From contig OX597833.1 of the NCBI GenBank assembly GCA_951406725.2, forward strand, positions 72,292,001 through 72,356,000: a stretch of 64,000 nucleotides of DNA. Reading direction: 5' to 3'. The stretch is from Octopus vulgaris. Its lineage: Eukaryota. The notes under the pieces are model-generated. The model did not search any database and was not told the DNA's origin. It was given only the letters and a program-made list of their open reading frames with translations. The position numbers and the translations under genes are program-made. Below are positions 28,917-43,305 of this stretch, piece after piece; positions within the stretch are counted from its first letter, which is position 1; each line of letters starts with the position of its first letter.

Positions 28917-31900
28917 GTTTCATTGATTAGCGGTGTGTGAAAAAAACTGTTCATAGGTTTTTTTTTACACACACACGTGTGTGTGTGTGTGTGTCTAGTG
29001 TCTAAGTCTGTACGTTCGACAATTAGGTAACGAGTGAAATCGTATAAATGAAGATCATATCTCCATACAGCATAAACGTATTAATGACAATTTTACAGCA
29101 TGTGATATGTGTGTGTATGTGTATATATATTATGTGTATGTAATATAAATTATATACGTGTGTGTGTGTGTGTGTAGACACTTGAATGTGAACAAGAATA
29201 GAATGCACTCATTCATTACTGAAAAACACTTTAGTTTCCGATCTCCGGCCAATTGTAATGGGGTGGGGGCAGAATCGTCCAGAAATTGGAAACGAGGAAC
29301 ACTCGGTGACGATTTGTGAACTTGAAACCACACACACACACACACACACACGTAACACACACACACACACACGTATATCTGTATGGCGAAAGCGTTTTAT
29401 TGTATTCTGCATGTATGCACACACCCATTCGCGTGGAGGTATGAAGTTGTTTTCTGCCAATAATTTATATCCTCGCTAATCGTTTTGACCTTTGCTATAA
29501 TAATTGTAATATACTAAACGAGTAGTGGTCAGTGGCAGGATTGGTAAGCTCGGCCATTTACCTCGAGTACTCCATCATTTTAGAGTTGAGTCCATTTATT
29601 GTGATATGCGTCCACCCAACCTCACCCACCCTCACCTAATCTTTCAACAATTGTTAAAGGCTGGAATTTTAAATATTTTTGTTAAAATCTCCTTTCATTC
29701 ATGACGAATTGCTCGTCATTCGTAGCCTCAACTTGTTTGGGTTGTAATCAGTGCTCCTCCGTTTTCGGGCTTCAAAGCGACTTGAATAAGCTTTGTCCTT
29801 CCCGCTACCACCCAGATTTGTTGTTAATAAGGGTGGATAAGGTGTTCTCAGTAGCAGCACTAGTTCGGAATTAACAACACCCGACCCAGAATAGTAATCG
29901 TACTCTTCTTCACTCAACGAAGAAAATAGAAAATTATTCGCCTCGCTCTATGGACCAAATATTATATATTTACTGATCATAAGTAATAATTTATGTATTT
30001 GTGGAAAATGCATAACATCCGTTTGTCAGCCTCTCCCTCTCTCTCTCTCCCTCTCTCTCTCCCTTCCTCTCTCTACGAACGAGCAAGTGTAAGGTATTAA
30101 AACCGAGAAATACCCGTTTCATTTATACAAACCTTTTTTTTTTTTGACACGGTTTTCAACAATACACTTGTTGCCGCATTTATAAAACTTTTCTACGTAA
30201 AATGAAAGACGTTGTTTCGTTTAAAAGTAATTGTTCTTTGAACTCGTCATTGCTACAATGCATCCCTTGGTCCATTGGCGGCCCTTTAACTTAAACATTA
30301 GTAAGATGCAAATAAGGGGGAAAAAAGGGAAAGATCAGTTTTGTGTTTAAAACCGGAATATTTAATAGTGGTTGATCAGAAAGATAAGATGGACGACTGC
30401 TTTCCTTGACTGTTTTGTGTAGGATGACTCCCAACAGCCACAACAAACTGAGTCTGTTTAGGGAAATAGAACTGAACTGTCCTTCATTTGATATCTGTTA
30501 TGTCCTCCACCTCCATAAAGTGTAATTAATAAATTGAGTGAACTGTAAAATTATATAAAAAAAAGACTCTTATGCTATTAACCCTGTCTTCAAAAGATTT
30601 TCCTTTGAGTTACCTGAAGGTCTGTCATTGATAAGTTCAACAGTTTCTTAGTTTAAAATATATTTAGAATTGTTGCTTGAATTTCTCTTGTTGTAAATGT
30701 TTAAATTGATGTTTAATTGTTCTGTGTGAATTGATCTTCAGGTTCTATATATTGAACATTTCTTTAAATAGAATTCTAAGAGAAATTATGATAACACATA
30801 AGATGCAGTTTACATCATTTTTGTTCTCTACTTCTGTTTCACCGTTGTGATTCTATGCATCTACTGCAGTGGGTGTTCCAAGGACCCTTTGACTCTGAAG
30901 CAGAACAGCAATTCACGAGACTTTATTAGGTTACACGGATCAATGCAATAAAATAGTGTTCTCCTGATGAACTGTTGTGATTCAGAATCCAGTTGCATTT
31001 GGAACATCCATTGCAAACGATGCAAATGACCACAAGGGTGAAACATATGTAGGGAACAAATAAATTGCATCCAATGTTTCTTATGATTTCTCCTTAAATT
31101 TGCTCTGTACATCAACACCAGTAATGCTACTAATTACAATAGTGACCGCACGACTTTGCTAGAAATAGCTGCACTGAAGATACTGCATCTGGAACTCTAA
31201 ACATTTCAGTAACAGTTTTGCACATCTAACTCTATACACCAAAAATACTTGATATATAATCATGAAAATAGTCCCTGTTAGATATTGAACTCCTCAAAGA
31301 GAAATCAAACACATCACTCTGTGGTTCACCATAAACTCAAAGATGTATGGCAGAAACCTGTAAGTTGTACAGAGCTTCGTACAAAGTCACCATGTTTATT
31401 AATATGGTTTCTGACAAACTATGCTCAGTTAATAATAAAATTAGCAATGACCAGAGTGCTCAGCTTTGGAGGACATCTGGAATATACTGCCACTGGCTTC
31501 TTTGGTTTCCTTTTTGGATGTCTTTCACTTTGACGCGAACAGTTTGCAGGGGACATTCATAGTACGTAGTGGTAACAAAACCATAATTATCCCTCTTCGT
31601 CTTTCTAGTATCGGAGGATAGATGTGTGAAATATTCTACATCACTGCTTGATATCTAAAAGAGTGAAAAGTCGATGACCTTGGTGCGATTTGAATGCAGA
31701 ACAGAAAGAGTCTTGGACAAATGCTGCAAAGCATCTTTACTTGACTCTCTCTCTCGGTTTTATGTTGTAGGAGTCAATCTGTTGTGGAGCCTCTCAAAGG
31801 ATTTCACATACTACGACCATATTTAGGTTCACTTTTGACGGATTTCTTGTTGTTCTAATGGAAATATGAGGTCCATTTCCTAACTTTGGACTATGGAAGT

Positions 31901-34696
31901 AACACTGCTTTTTGAAACAAGCAGACTAGTTCATCTCTATGGAAAGTTAGAGGAAACCCACTACAATTTAACAAGAACTCGCTATATTAAAACTATTTAC
32001 TTTGCTGAGGGATGATTCGTCCCTTGCCCCAAGTTTTATGTTCATCTGTGTGTGAGCTCTTGATGTGGTGGAAACCAGTTACGCATGTTTTTTTAAATAG
32101 GCTCTGTGAAAGTAGTTTTGCTTCATACTGACAATAAGTCTTCTTATATGTGTATCTGAAAATGTATTTTACTCAAGTGTTAGAAATTTGTTGACCATAT
32201 GACACTTGAATGTTTCTAATATCCATGATTAATGATATTAACGAGCGAAATAAACTAATTGACTGTATACATTGATCTTGATTGCCTTTCACAGTGGGAC
32301 TCACAAGAGATGGACATGGATTTTATAATTTGTAATAACTTCTTCTATCTGTCTAGGGATCCCTCAGTATACACTTCCTTTCCAGGGCCTTGGTCAACCC
32401 CAAATTATTCTGGCATCCGTTTTTCATAGATAACAATATTATTCAGAAACAAATGGTAGCTTTTACATTTGGCACAAAAAGTCTGCAAAGCCAATCCTGC
32501 CAGCGTTGCAGCTTCTTCCTCTTGTATAGAATTGTCATTAACCATTTTACTGCTGCTGCTGCTGCACAATATGAACCTATGGCCTCTTGTTGTGACTCTA
32601 TACAATATGAAGATGCTAATGTTTGCCTATAATAATAATATTTATGAATGGTGAGACTTGACCCCTTCCTTAGGTTGGAGAATACCTTTTCTTTTTCACA
32701 TTATCTAGTGATTGTATTTTGCTTCATTTCGGTTTTGATCCTTTGTGAAACCCAACATTCTGAGGTTTCATCGAAAGACATCTTGATCCAACTTACACGG
32801 CTTTGATCTAAAAACAATTTCTCATTCTCCTATGGACTATTCTTACAGTGTTCATTAGAACACCTACCTCTAGGATCATTTTATCCATTGCATAGTGTTT
32901 GTTTGCATTAAATGTCCTACCAGCAACATTGTCATCTCCCTTCAGTATATATCTCTGGCTAAAACATTTCATTTCATGCACAAATAATGACAAATTCAGC
33001 TGTTTTGCCATCAACTCATCCTATGATACAAAACAACTTGTTTTAAAGTGTTTGTATTTAAATTTGGACCATTTATATCATAATCTTATGTAAGAAACTA
33101 TTCACATTGGAAAGACAAATTGTTTTACCAGAACCGTCCAAACACTTGATTATTCAAAAGAAACATATATTAGAAGCCCACAAGTCAGTTCTGTCATTAG
33201 AAATCTGCACTTGAAATTGTTAAACAATGGCAATTTTGTAGATCAATTAAACACACTGAGTCCCTCTATGGAATGTTTTCTGCTGGTGATTCACTAATTT
33301 TTTTCAATTCTTCTGTATCAGTATTAACATATTAGCATTCATAGGATATGTTTTTATTCTTCTTCATAAATTGACACCTGTTTTCACAATTGGATACCCT
33401 CTCGTTTCTAAATACTAATGCACTTTCTTCACAAATGATTGCTAGCACTTGTTTTTGAAACCAGCAGAGCAACACCAACTTCAATTTTCTTTTCAAATGC
33501 ACTCATTTTTTTATCCCTTAAAGATGACACCATTGTCTATTCACAGAGGGCAGCTGGTCTCCTCGCTGCTTTCAGCAAAATGGTAAAGTCTTGTTTCTTG
33601 TGGAAGTTTAATAAGACTGTTTCTTGATCAAACCGGCCAAAGTAATTAGAATGATATTAGCCATTGAACTAATGATGTTTTTTCCTCACCACATAATTAT
33701 TTCTAATTAAATTGCTGCTGTTACTGCATTATACATATTAACACTAACTTAACTGTCAGGTTTTCATGCTGATGGCATCTGTGAGTAATCTGTGTTTAAA
33801 ATATAATCTATAGAATGTTGGCAGCACATCAGAGTTTACTATACGGAAATATATTTTTTTACTGCTTTTAGTCATTGGACTGCAGCCATGCTGGGGCAAT
33901 GCCTTCCAGAAGTTTAGTCGTTTATTATGACCACCTGGCTATTACCTATTTTATTGACCTCATAATATAAAATGGAAATGGCAAAGTCAGCGCGGGCATA
34001 AAGGAACATAAGCAAATACCACAAGGTATTTTTGTTTGTGCTGATTCTGTCAATCCCATGCTGCTACACACACACACATACTATGATGCATGTGTGTGTG
34101 TGTGTGTCTGTATATATCTATACACACACACATACACATAAGAAGAGACTTGGTATTAAAATCAAGCCACTTATTGAAATATATCATTCATTTTTGTTTT
34201 TACTTCTGTTTTTCATGCTAGCATGAGTTAGATGAATAAATTGTTGAGGCATCGTTTTACAGCCAAGATGCCTTTCCTGTCACTAACCTTTATCTGTTTT
34301 TCAAGTAAGGGACCTCTTATTCCTCACATATTTCAAGGTTCAAAACCAGGAGACATGTGCAATGACATCCTTACTTGTGCCCGAGTGATTTTCAATGAAA
34401 CAAATGTAAACACGTCACAATGGGCTTCTTTTAGTTTCCATTCACCAAATTCACTCACATGGCTATGCTAGAAGACACTTGCATGAGGTGTTGCACAGTG
34501 GGACTGAACCAGAGGTCTTGTGGTTGGCAAGTGATTTTCCTGACTTCACCATCCTCACACAGGCACACAATATATTCCATCTCTGGACACTTTTGTATTT
34601 CTGCTGGTTACATTCTCATACAAGTCTAAGATTCAAATAATACTAAGATTTCCTTTTTTTTTTTTTACGTTTTTGCTGTTTTTAAATGCAAAATGA

Positions 34697-34943
34697 CAGT
34701 GGTATGTAGAAAAGGGCCAAAATATCAAGAACATTAAATCCCTGCAACTTGCTATGCAAAAAACATAGCAAAGGTGCTCAACTTGTCAAAATTTTAAATT
34801 ACCTTACAGAAATGAGATAACTTAATTTCAAATTCTATTTTTAAGCTTCGTCTCAAGAATTTGATTTGGCAAACAAAAACTTTTGCCTCGCAAGTTGTAT
34901 GTCCCTGTGTTCTTGGTACTTTGGCCATTTCTCTACATCATTG
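34697..34943. mobile_element. MITE-like element with ~60-bp imperfect TIRs
   Basis: The left end cagtggtatgtagaaaagggccaaaatatcaagaaca..tgcaacttgc matches the reverse complement of the right end, caatgatgtagagaaatggccaaagtaccaagaaca..tacaacttgc. No TSD is recognisable. Confidence 0.65.
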
Positions 34944-36939
34944 GTCTTATATACAGCAAACACACATTTGCATTTCTCTTTGCAGTTCCATTAATGAAAG
35001 CATCAAATGATCAGAGACCTGTATGAAAATGGGGACTGCTAGAAACAGACAAAGTGTCTGGGGTTAAAACTATATTCTGTGTGTGTGTGTGTGTCTGTTT
35101 ATCTATCTGTCTATATATATATATATATATACAACTGTATATATATATATACAACTGTATATATATATAAATATTTTTATTTCAAACCATGGCTTCATTT
35201 TAGTTTAATGGTTTTTTTTTGTTGTATTAACTGTATATATTGTTGTATATATTTTCAGTCTAAATCTGCTTCTTTTTATTTTTATGACATCCTCTTCATA
35301 ATTGCTCTGCACCTAAAGTGTTTCCAGCATAACTACACAATATTTATGCATATAATTATTGTGCGTATTTAATCTGCATATATATATATATATATATAAA
35401 CATGCAAAAATATGTTGAATCCCTTATCGTATGTTTGGTATAAAGAACTAGGGCTGAGCAGTGCTTTATACAAAATATCTAAGCAGGAGATTAAAGATTA
35501 CATAAAGACTCAATGTCTATGTAGTCATCAATCTCATTCCTGGACATTTTTTGTTTTTCCAAAAGTAAGCTCTTGCTCAGTGTTAGAATTCTTCTCTCTT
35601 TATGGAAAAGAGAATTGCATCTGACCATCCCGACCCTCTCAACTTTCAGCCTGGCATACGATTATTTTACTCTGTAGTTATTGTGTTGTTAATGTTTTCT
35701 GCAAAGTCTTCTCTTCCCCAACTAGTTTCTTGGCAAACTGCATCTACGATCTGTTAAGGATTCTTTCCCTTTTAGAACCATTTTCCATGACCTTGGCACA
35801 AAAGCATGCTTGTCACAGGATTCTGCTGTCTTTTAATAAGTCCCAGGGTTGACATAGAATATTAATTTGTTTTGCTCATTCCTTGTAACTGTCTTTTATA
35901 CATTCAGAAAAGACAAACCAGTGACTACTCCCACATGTCATTGTGTGTGTGTGTGTTTGTGTTTGTCTTACATTTTGTGCATAGCTTTTTGCATCTGAGA
36001 CTATAGAATGTCTGTGTTGGTCAATAGCAGGACGTTGTTGTTTGACCTTAGGTCATCCCATGACTTCTCTGTGGTTTTCTTTGGGTAGAAAGTGTCTACA
36101 TTATACAATATGGCTTGCAATACAAATTCCTTTATTGACGCCTGGATGTGCATTGTGAAAGCAAGTCCCCATTTTTACTGGTGTTCAACAGACAAAAACA
36201 AAATGGAAAGAGTGCAGGGCTGGGTGGGATCAGAACTGCTCAGAGCTGACTGATTTGGACATATTTTATACCTCAACATATCTTTTGCTCATGATCCAAC
36301 AACTGTTCACGGGGCATCTGAAGTTATATTAAATCCACAACTTTTATATTTAACTGATGAATCTGAATTAACTAATTAGCAATTTAGTTCATTGTTGTTG
36401 TTGTTCAATTAAAGTTAAATTAAAACATCAATTCAAAATTTATGTAAGAACTTTTTGATAAAAGAGGTTCCAAATACAATCTCATTAACGACAAAGAAGG
36501 TTATTTTACTGAAAACCTGTTAAAAAAGTGTGTGTGAGAGAGAGAGAGAGAGAGGTTTAGGATCTGGTAATTTTAAGTGGTTGCAGTTGACAGTGGCAAG
36601 GGAATGTCTGTAGCTTGACAGAATAAATATGACAATTGAAAACTAATGGTTTATTGGAATATAAAAGAATAAGCTAAAAGAGAATCAGTGAAAGCATTCA
36701 TTGCCCTTTCAAAAATCTAAAGTACATCTTACAACAAGAATTCAAGGTTAAAACTAAAACTTAAATACTTAAAACAATAAATGATCATCATTGAAAATAA
36801 ACACAGTTGGCTACATAATCGTCTCTTCTTTTTGAGATTAAAAGCAGATTAAAAATTAATCCCTACAAATATAGAACTGAGGGTTGAGGCAAAAATCCAA
36901 ATCTGAAATTTAACATCTTCTTACGGAATTACTTAAACC

Positions 36940-37940
36940 AGATTTTATTGTCCTTCATAGAAGCCCTTAAATCTAGTTTGATTATTTTCAGTATAAAATT
37001 TTTTAAAAAAAGCCAATTTTTCAACCCCAGGCTTGTGTAGGTGACATTGCTGTTACAGTCCTCGGTAGATGACTAATAACATCTGGATAAGAACAGTTCA
37101 CTTCTCAACTCACTTCTGATGATGAGATTATACTTTCAGGCTTCTTTTAATTCATTGAAAAAGAAAAAAGAAAATTACTGAAATTTCTGTACTTGGACAT
37201 CTCTTAGTTGCTCTCTATGTTCAAGTGGCATCATTTTACTTTGAGATGTTGCATTTTATTCAAGATGATTCTGAGTTATCAAGGCTTTTTCATTCCTTGG
37301 GTAGCATCTTGTAACTCTTTTGTAAGAATTGCTACTTCATAACGAGCCTATTTTCCTTTAGCAATTTGGTTATAGTTCCATGAAGAACAGTTTGAATGGA
37401 TTATCCAATAAAAGACTCTCTTTTTCTTTTCCATTGAATATACAAAACCATAGTTAATCAATCCCCTATTTTTGTTCAGGTGATATGTCAAAGCTATTTC
37501 ACTCCAACAAGAATCTCCCAGGTGTTAAATCCTCAGATTCCAGCATGTTGGTGCCAGTTAAAGAGTGAGAATGTCCTCAAATGGTGTCACTTGTATTCAC
37601 TGAATTGGTCAACCATTTTCCTTGATCCAAATTTTCAAGAAAGATTTTTAGTTCAAAGAAATGCTTCATCATGGAATAAGTCCTTCCGTGAGGTATCACC
37701 TGACTCCTTTTCTAGTGCGTCTCTGGAGAGCAGCATCTATTTTAAGGGTTCACACAATAAAGGTTTCTTGCCTCATCTTGGCCAATCTCTGTAGCTGCAT
37801 CATAATCTCTTTAATCCATCTCTTGTTGCACAACCCATAACCATTTCATTTGTTGTACACAATCCATGTTATTCATCATGCAAATGTTAAATTGAGAATA
37901 ACTTGCACAAAATTTCTTCAATGATATCATCTAAAGTTTC
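36940..37940 (-). pseudogene. highly decayed hAT-superfamily transposase
   Basis: Minus-strand fragments read RDGLK, TLKIDAALQRRTRKG, TYSMMKHFFELKIFLENL and ESEDLTPGRFLLE. The C-terminal dimerisation-like segment reads YPDVISHLPRTVTAMSPTQA.VEKL..LKIIKLDLRASMKD. Confidence 0.72.
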
Positions 37941-38380
37941 ATTTCTCTTTCCCTCTCTCTCTCTCTCCCTCACAATTTCTGATACTTTAAGATAAAAATT
38001 ATACAAGAGTCTTTAAATTTGATGATTTTGTAGGAGCATTTTTTCCCAGTAGCAGTAAAAATACTGATTTCTGCATCACATTTGTTTTCGTCATCATCAT
38101 CATCATCTATAACACCCTGATAAAAATATTTTCCCTCTGTTATGATTGTAAAGTATTAAAAAACTGTCAGTTTTTAACTCTCTTTATGTTGAAAATTCAT
38201 GTGTGAAGAACTGCTATAAATTTATCCTGAAAGTAAACAATTCTAGGCTAATCAAACTAGTATTTGTGAAATTAAAAATTTCCTCACACCTACAATTTAC
38301 ATTTAGTTGGAATCTACATTCTAATTGACTCAGACTTGGGTACCCCAGCGTCTTGGATTTTTTAGGATTGTTGTTGAGTA

Positions 38381-38784
38381 CAGGTCGTCGTCAACTTACG
38401 ACTACAATTGGTTCCGATTGACTGGTTGTAAGTCGGCCTATAGGTCTACATAGCTTTGTTTTATATTTTGACATTCTTAAGGTAGATTCTCAGGCAGAAG
38501 TCCCTCTCAGCATTCTGTATTATACAGGTGTTAGTCAAACATTTTGGAGACTCAAGTAGTTGTGTTATAAACAAATATGAGGTTGCTTTGATGTCTCCGC
38601 GACAGGATTGTCATCCAACACAGAGGTGATCGATAACCAAACTTAGGGGAAGCATTTGTTAGTTGACATCATCCGGAGATGGGTTAATTTCTAAAAAATT
38701 AAACCCATTAGATTTCAACTGGACTATATTTATTACTGTTGCTGGGAGCTGGCACATCAATCGTCGTAAGTCGAAGATGACTGG
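38381..38784. mobile_element. Tigger/pogo-like MITE
   Basis: The left end is TA-CAGGTCGTCGTCAACTTACGAC and the right end gtcgtaagtcgaagatgactgg is its imperfect reverse complement. Confidence 0.62.
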
Positions 38785-39929
38785 CATTTAACTGGTTGGC
38801 TTCTATTTTGCATTAGCATTCACTTTACAGACTTCGGTTGAACCTGCATCCAAAATATCCCTGTTGGCCTCTGTTGCTTTTTCTCATTGGCCAAGTCAAA
38901 TCCAATTTAGGGCCAGTCTAAATCCATATTTCCTTGGCAAATAAAAATATTAATAATTATTTATATTTAGACCAGTATTTGATGAGAGATATGACTGTTT
39001 AACCTACAACAGTTGCCTTTTATTGTTGTTTCATCAACTGGAGTCGGGTTAAAAAAGAGCATGGATGAGAGCCAGAGGAAGGTACTGCCATGCAAAGTTT
39101 GAATGCAAACAGTGAGCTTAGATATGAATTCCGTTAACCATCTTGAATAACCACAACTGTCACCAAACACTCCCCCTTTAACTACTATTCAAATAGTGTT
39201 GTTTGGGTGTGGAAAGAAGAGCTGAGCACTCTTCTGTGTGAGAATCAAAGTTGAAACTCCTCGCAAACAGAATATCCACTCAAAAGGCATCTTATTTGCA
39301 CCGTGTGCTTCTGGTTTTTTTGCATTTTATCAGGTGAAAATCTCCGTATTTTCCTGGTACTTAAAATGGCTGCCTAGAAGTTCGAGTTCAGTAATGGTGT
39401 TTGCTAATGATTTGTTTCATCGTCATCTAATGTCTGTTTTCCATGCTAGCATGGGGTCGATGGTTTGACAAGAGCTGCCTAAACCAGAGGAGGACTGTTG
39501 AGTTCTTCTGCCTGCTCTGGCATGGTTTTTACAGTAATACACATAATAATCATCTTACCTGTATTCAACCTACCTGGGCAGGTGAAAATGACATAACAGA
39601 TAAAAATCAACCACAGGGGAAAAGGATATTCACAATGTACACCAAATGATCAGTATATTATATTAGTATATATACCTATACACCCTCATCATAGTGACAT
39701 AGCTACGGGAGAAGCTCTGAAGCTTAGAACTAGCCACAACACCTTGCATTCCCTGGCTTTGCACCTGTTACTACTCTCTATAGTCTGGTGGTGCTGAGAA
39801 AACCAGGTGTAGATCTGATTGGGGAGAGCCACGACAGTCCTGTTCAGGGACAGTGGAGAGCTTAACTGATAGGTTTCCATCAAGGCTACATTCTCAGCCC
39901 CCTCTTGTTTATTGTAGTTCTCTTGGTCA

Positions 39930-40440
39930 TGAAAAAAAGAGTTTAAGATGGATTATGTTGAGGATTAGTTTCAAAGAATTAGGAAGGAAATTCCAAACAT
40001 TAAATAAAACTTGGAATCAGGAGGCTTTGAAGTGACTCATCAAAGAGAAAAAGTCAGCTGGAAAGAAGACAAGATTGTGTTTTTATGTGGGGAATTGACC
40101 ATGATATGTGGAAAAGGGGTCAGTATGGGTTCCAGTGCAGGCTTAGATGATGGAATTGAAGGCTGGCAAAGAAGCTCTGTATGATGCAGATACACCAAAA
40201 TATTTAGCAGTAAGAGCAGCCATGACGTTCTTTCAAATGTTGAGGACATTTTGTAGAAATTAGTTGATAGCTTCTAATGACTTTAGTGACCTCTTCAGCA
40301 GTGATGGCGAATATTGTGAGAAGGTGAGAGCCTTCTGGGTTTTTTTTTTCCTTTACATTTGTCATCGTTGATGGCAATAATGCTCCATTATTCATGGGGG
40401 ATGGCCTCTTGATGGACTTGTCTGGTAATTGTGTATAAGC
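39930..40440 (-). pseudogene. very old CR1/L2-like LINE remnant
   Basis: The minus strand gives weak motifs only: ITAEEVTKVIRS, a YR.SL...SK..LE.IL-like stretch and NVWNFLPNS. Confidence 0.3.
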
Positions 40441-41973
40441 TATATTTGTCTTTAGTTTAAGGCCACAAACTTGAAGTCAAGCATCAAACTCTTAAAAGTT
40501 ACTTAGGGACGGAAGGAGGAGTTCATTTTGACTCAATTTAAGATAGGTCGGCTGTAATATTTCTTCTTTTAATTTTTATTGTCTTCAGGCATGTTAGCAT
40601 CAGAAATCCAATGGAATGGTCACACAGCTGGACAGGACTGACAACACATGTGGCACATTTCAGCTTAATCAAAGCTACCCAGTAGCCGTACCACCTGCAT
40701 CTAAATTTCAATTTTCAAATCTGTCCAATTTATGAAAACAAACATTTCCTCCATTCAAGCCTGACTTGTCTACCATGAGCACCGTTTCTTTGAACTTAAA
40801 TTGCTTGATAATGTTCAGCCACTTTATGTGATGAAGTAGCTGGAAGGTGGTACTTGACCTGAAGTGGAGAGAGAAGGAAATCTGGTGAAAAAGAAAAACA
40901 CTAAGTAAACATGCAGTCTTGTGTGGTTGTGGAAGCATCATCATTGGTGACTTTGTTGGGTGGGGTGGGTTTGTCTGGCGGCGGCATTGAGGTGAATGCT
41001 CTGTGGGACTATGAGAACAGCACACTGGTTAATGAAGAAGATGTCTGGTTGAAAATGGGAAATAGAACATCCAGAAATGTTCAGTTGGTTGTGATCGAGA
41101 TGAAGAGCAACCTCCCTCCTGCAGTAATTGTTCAACCGCAACAAGAAATAGCAGCTGAATCTTCCTCTAATCAACCCTGCCGTCTTGAAGCAAGGAAGGA
41201 CACATTGGATAATGGTGTCCTGCAATACCATGTTGGCCTCGGGCCAAAACAAAAGGCCTCCCAAGTCTAACTTTAAAACATTTGCTTAATTTTAATGGTT
41301 CCAGATACTAAGTTAATAACAATTCAAGAAACACTACATCTAATAATGTAGCCCTAGGTAAACTGTGGTAAGTCTTGTTGAAATCTGATCATGCAGTCAT
41401 AGATATGCTTTGTTTGATAGTGTAGTTTTAGATTATGTTGTCTTAAAAATACTGATGGGATGGTCATGACTGGAACATCTCAGATCATAGATAAGTTTGC
41501 TGGATCAGAGCAAGATCTCAAGAAAACCTTTAACTTTAAAATCGACAAAATTTATGGCATAATGTACTTAATACCATTGAAGTAGTGAAGCAATGTAATG
41601 ATGGTGGTGGTGGTGGTGGTGGAGAGGTAGACAGATAGATAGGTTTATCAGTTCAGTAGGTGCAGATGGTGGAGTTAATAGGTCATTGAAATAGTCATCA
41701 GCTGAGAGAGAAGTTGACAGTTTTGTGTTTTATTGCTCGGATTGAGGTGGGTCCACTTTGTTGCAAGTAACACACACACACACACACACAGCAGTTTTAA
41801 TTAGCTTCTCTTTCGGTGTTTTGAACCTTTTATTAACTATAGATCACAATATTTACACATTTCATTTAATTTTGATAAGTTTTTATTGAGGTTTAAATCA
41901 AATAACTTTGTCATTTAATAAGATTGTCTATGGAACATATTTCATTAAATTAGGACTTGAAACTTTAATTTAA

Positions 41974-42319
41974 CCGTTTAGCATTTAATTTAAACTTACC
42001 ATATCCAGCTGAAATGTACCCTGTTGGCAATCCTTTCCAACTGTGATCATTCCATTGGATATCTGATGCTAAGATGCTTGAAGATAATAGAAATTAAAAG
42101 GAGAGACTTACCTATGGCCATATCCAGCTAAAATATTTCCCCTGTTTTATGTTAAAACTAGCCAGATTCGGCCTCTTACAACCACCTTACAATGTCCTTC
42201 AAGAAGTAAACAGTCACATCATTGAAATCTCAAAGCTATAGACTAATGTGTAATTAACTCGGAACAATGCGATTAGATAAGCACAATACATTTGACGGAG
42301 TAGTTTGAATGGTAAACAG
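41974..42319. mobile_element. piggyBac-like MITE with TTAA target-site duplication
   Basis: TTAA|CCGTTTAGCATTTAA ... TTTGAATGGTAAACAG|TTAA. Confidence 0.65.
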
Positions 42320-43084
42320 TTAAGTAGGGTTACCTTAGTATGTCTTGTGTAACAGGGCCAGATATATGGTCTCAGTCAAATTTATATCAATAGAGTTAAG
42401 TGTCCAACAAGATCTAAAAGGTGAGTGGCCAAGATTGAAGTAGCAGGCCAAAGGATTTCATCAACAGCCAACATTAGAAAAGGAACAGTTTCTTTCTAGA
42501 TCAGACACATACGTATTGCTTCTCTCCAGTTTCTCAGGAAATCATCTTTGTTCTATTTCAATTTAATTTAGTTTAACTTGCTAAAAATAGCAGCCAAATT
42601 TTCTTCAAATCACACCCTTAAAAAATAAAAAAGATGAGAGGATACAAATAGTTCTTCATACATTTTCTGAAAAATAAGCAGTGAAAGGTTCCTAGCATGT
42701 CTTTGACCAGAACTGACAGAAGAAACAATGAGCAGTATTTTTCTCTCATCCTTTCTCTTGTTGACAGCATTACACCAGATACCAAATGTTCAAGGAATTG
42801 TTAGATGTTGGTACATTCTTAGATTGTAAGAATGGTTAGAGCATTGGGCAAAATGCATTAATGGCATTTATTGTGACTATGTTTTGTGTTCAAATCTTGC
42901 TAGTAGCCACTGATACCTTTCATCCTTCTAGAGTCTAATAAAGTACCAATCAAGTACTAAGATCGATATAATGATCTTTTCCATGCCCACCACCTCAAAA
43001 ATGTTTGATCACATCATAATTATAAAATGGTAAATTGGTGGCACCTTACATGAAATGCCTTGTAATCCTTCTGTTCCATCTGAG

Positions 43085-43305
43085 GTGACAAGATGGCAGA
43101 ATTGTTTGCACTCAGAGCATTGTGCTGCTCACTGGCATTTCCTCCAGCTTTACATTTTGCGTTCAAATCACTCCGAGCTCTACCTTTCATCCCTTTCAGG
43201 GTCAATAAAATAAGTACCAGTTGCACACTGGGGAGTGGGGGTGGGTCAATGTAATCGCACCCCCCCCAAACTTGCTGACCTCGTGCCCAAATTTGAAACC
43301 AATAT
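43085..43305 (+). mobile_element. SINE family C, degenerate
   Basis: tggcagaattgtt..gttcaaat..acctttcatccctttcagggtcaataaaataagtaccag. Confidence 0.72.

Noticed and set aside
29699-29917. 72-aa minus-strand ORF (SEEEYDYYSGSG...RKRR) in unique sequence
   Set aside because: It has a TTG start, an upstream in-frame stop and no recognisable domain or convincing splice sites, so it cannot be supported without RNA or homology data.
32700-33650. Possible pogo/Tigger transposase remnant on the minus strand
   Set aside because: Only vague similarity is visible, with no motif or TIR that I can support.
40911-41270. 119-aa ATG ORF
   Set aside because: Its 3' third is family E repeat sequence and it has no recognisable domain.
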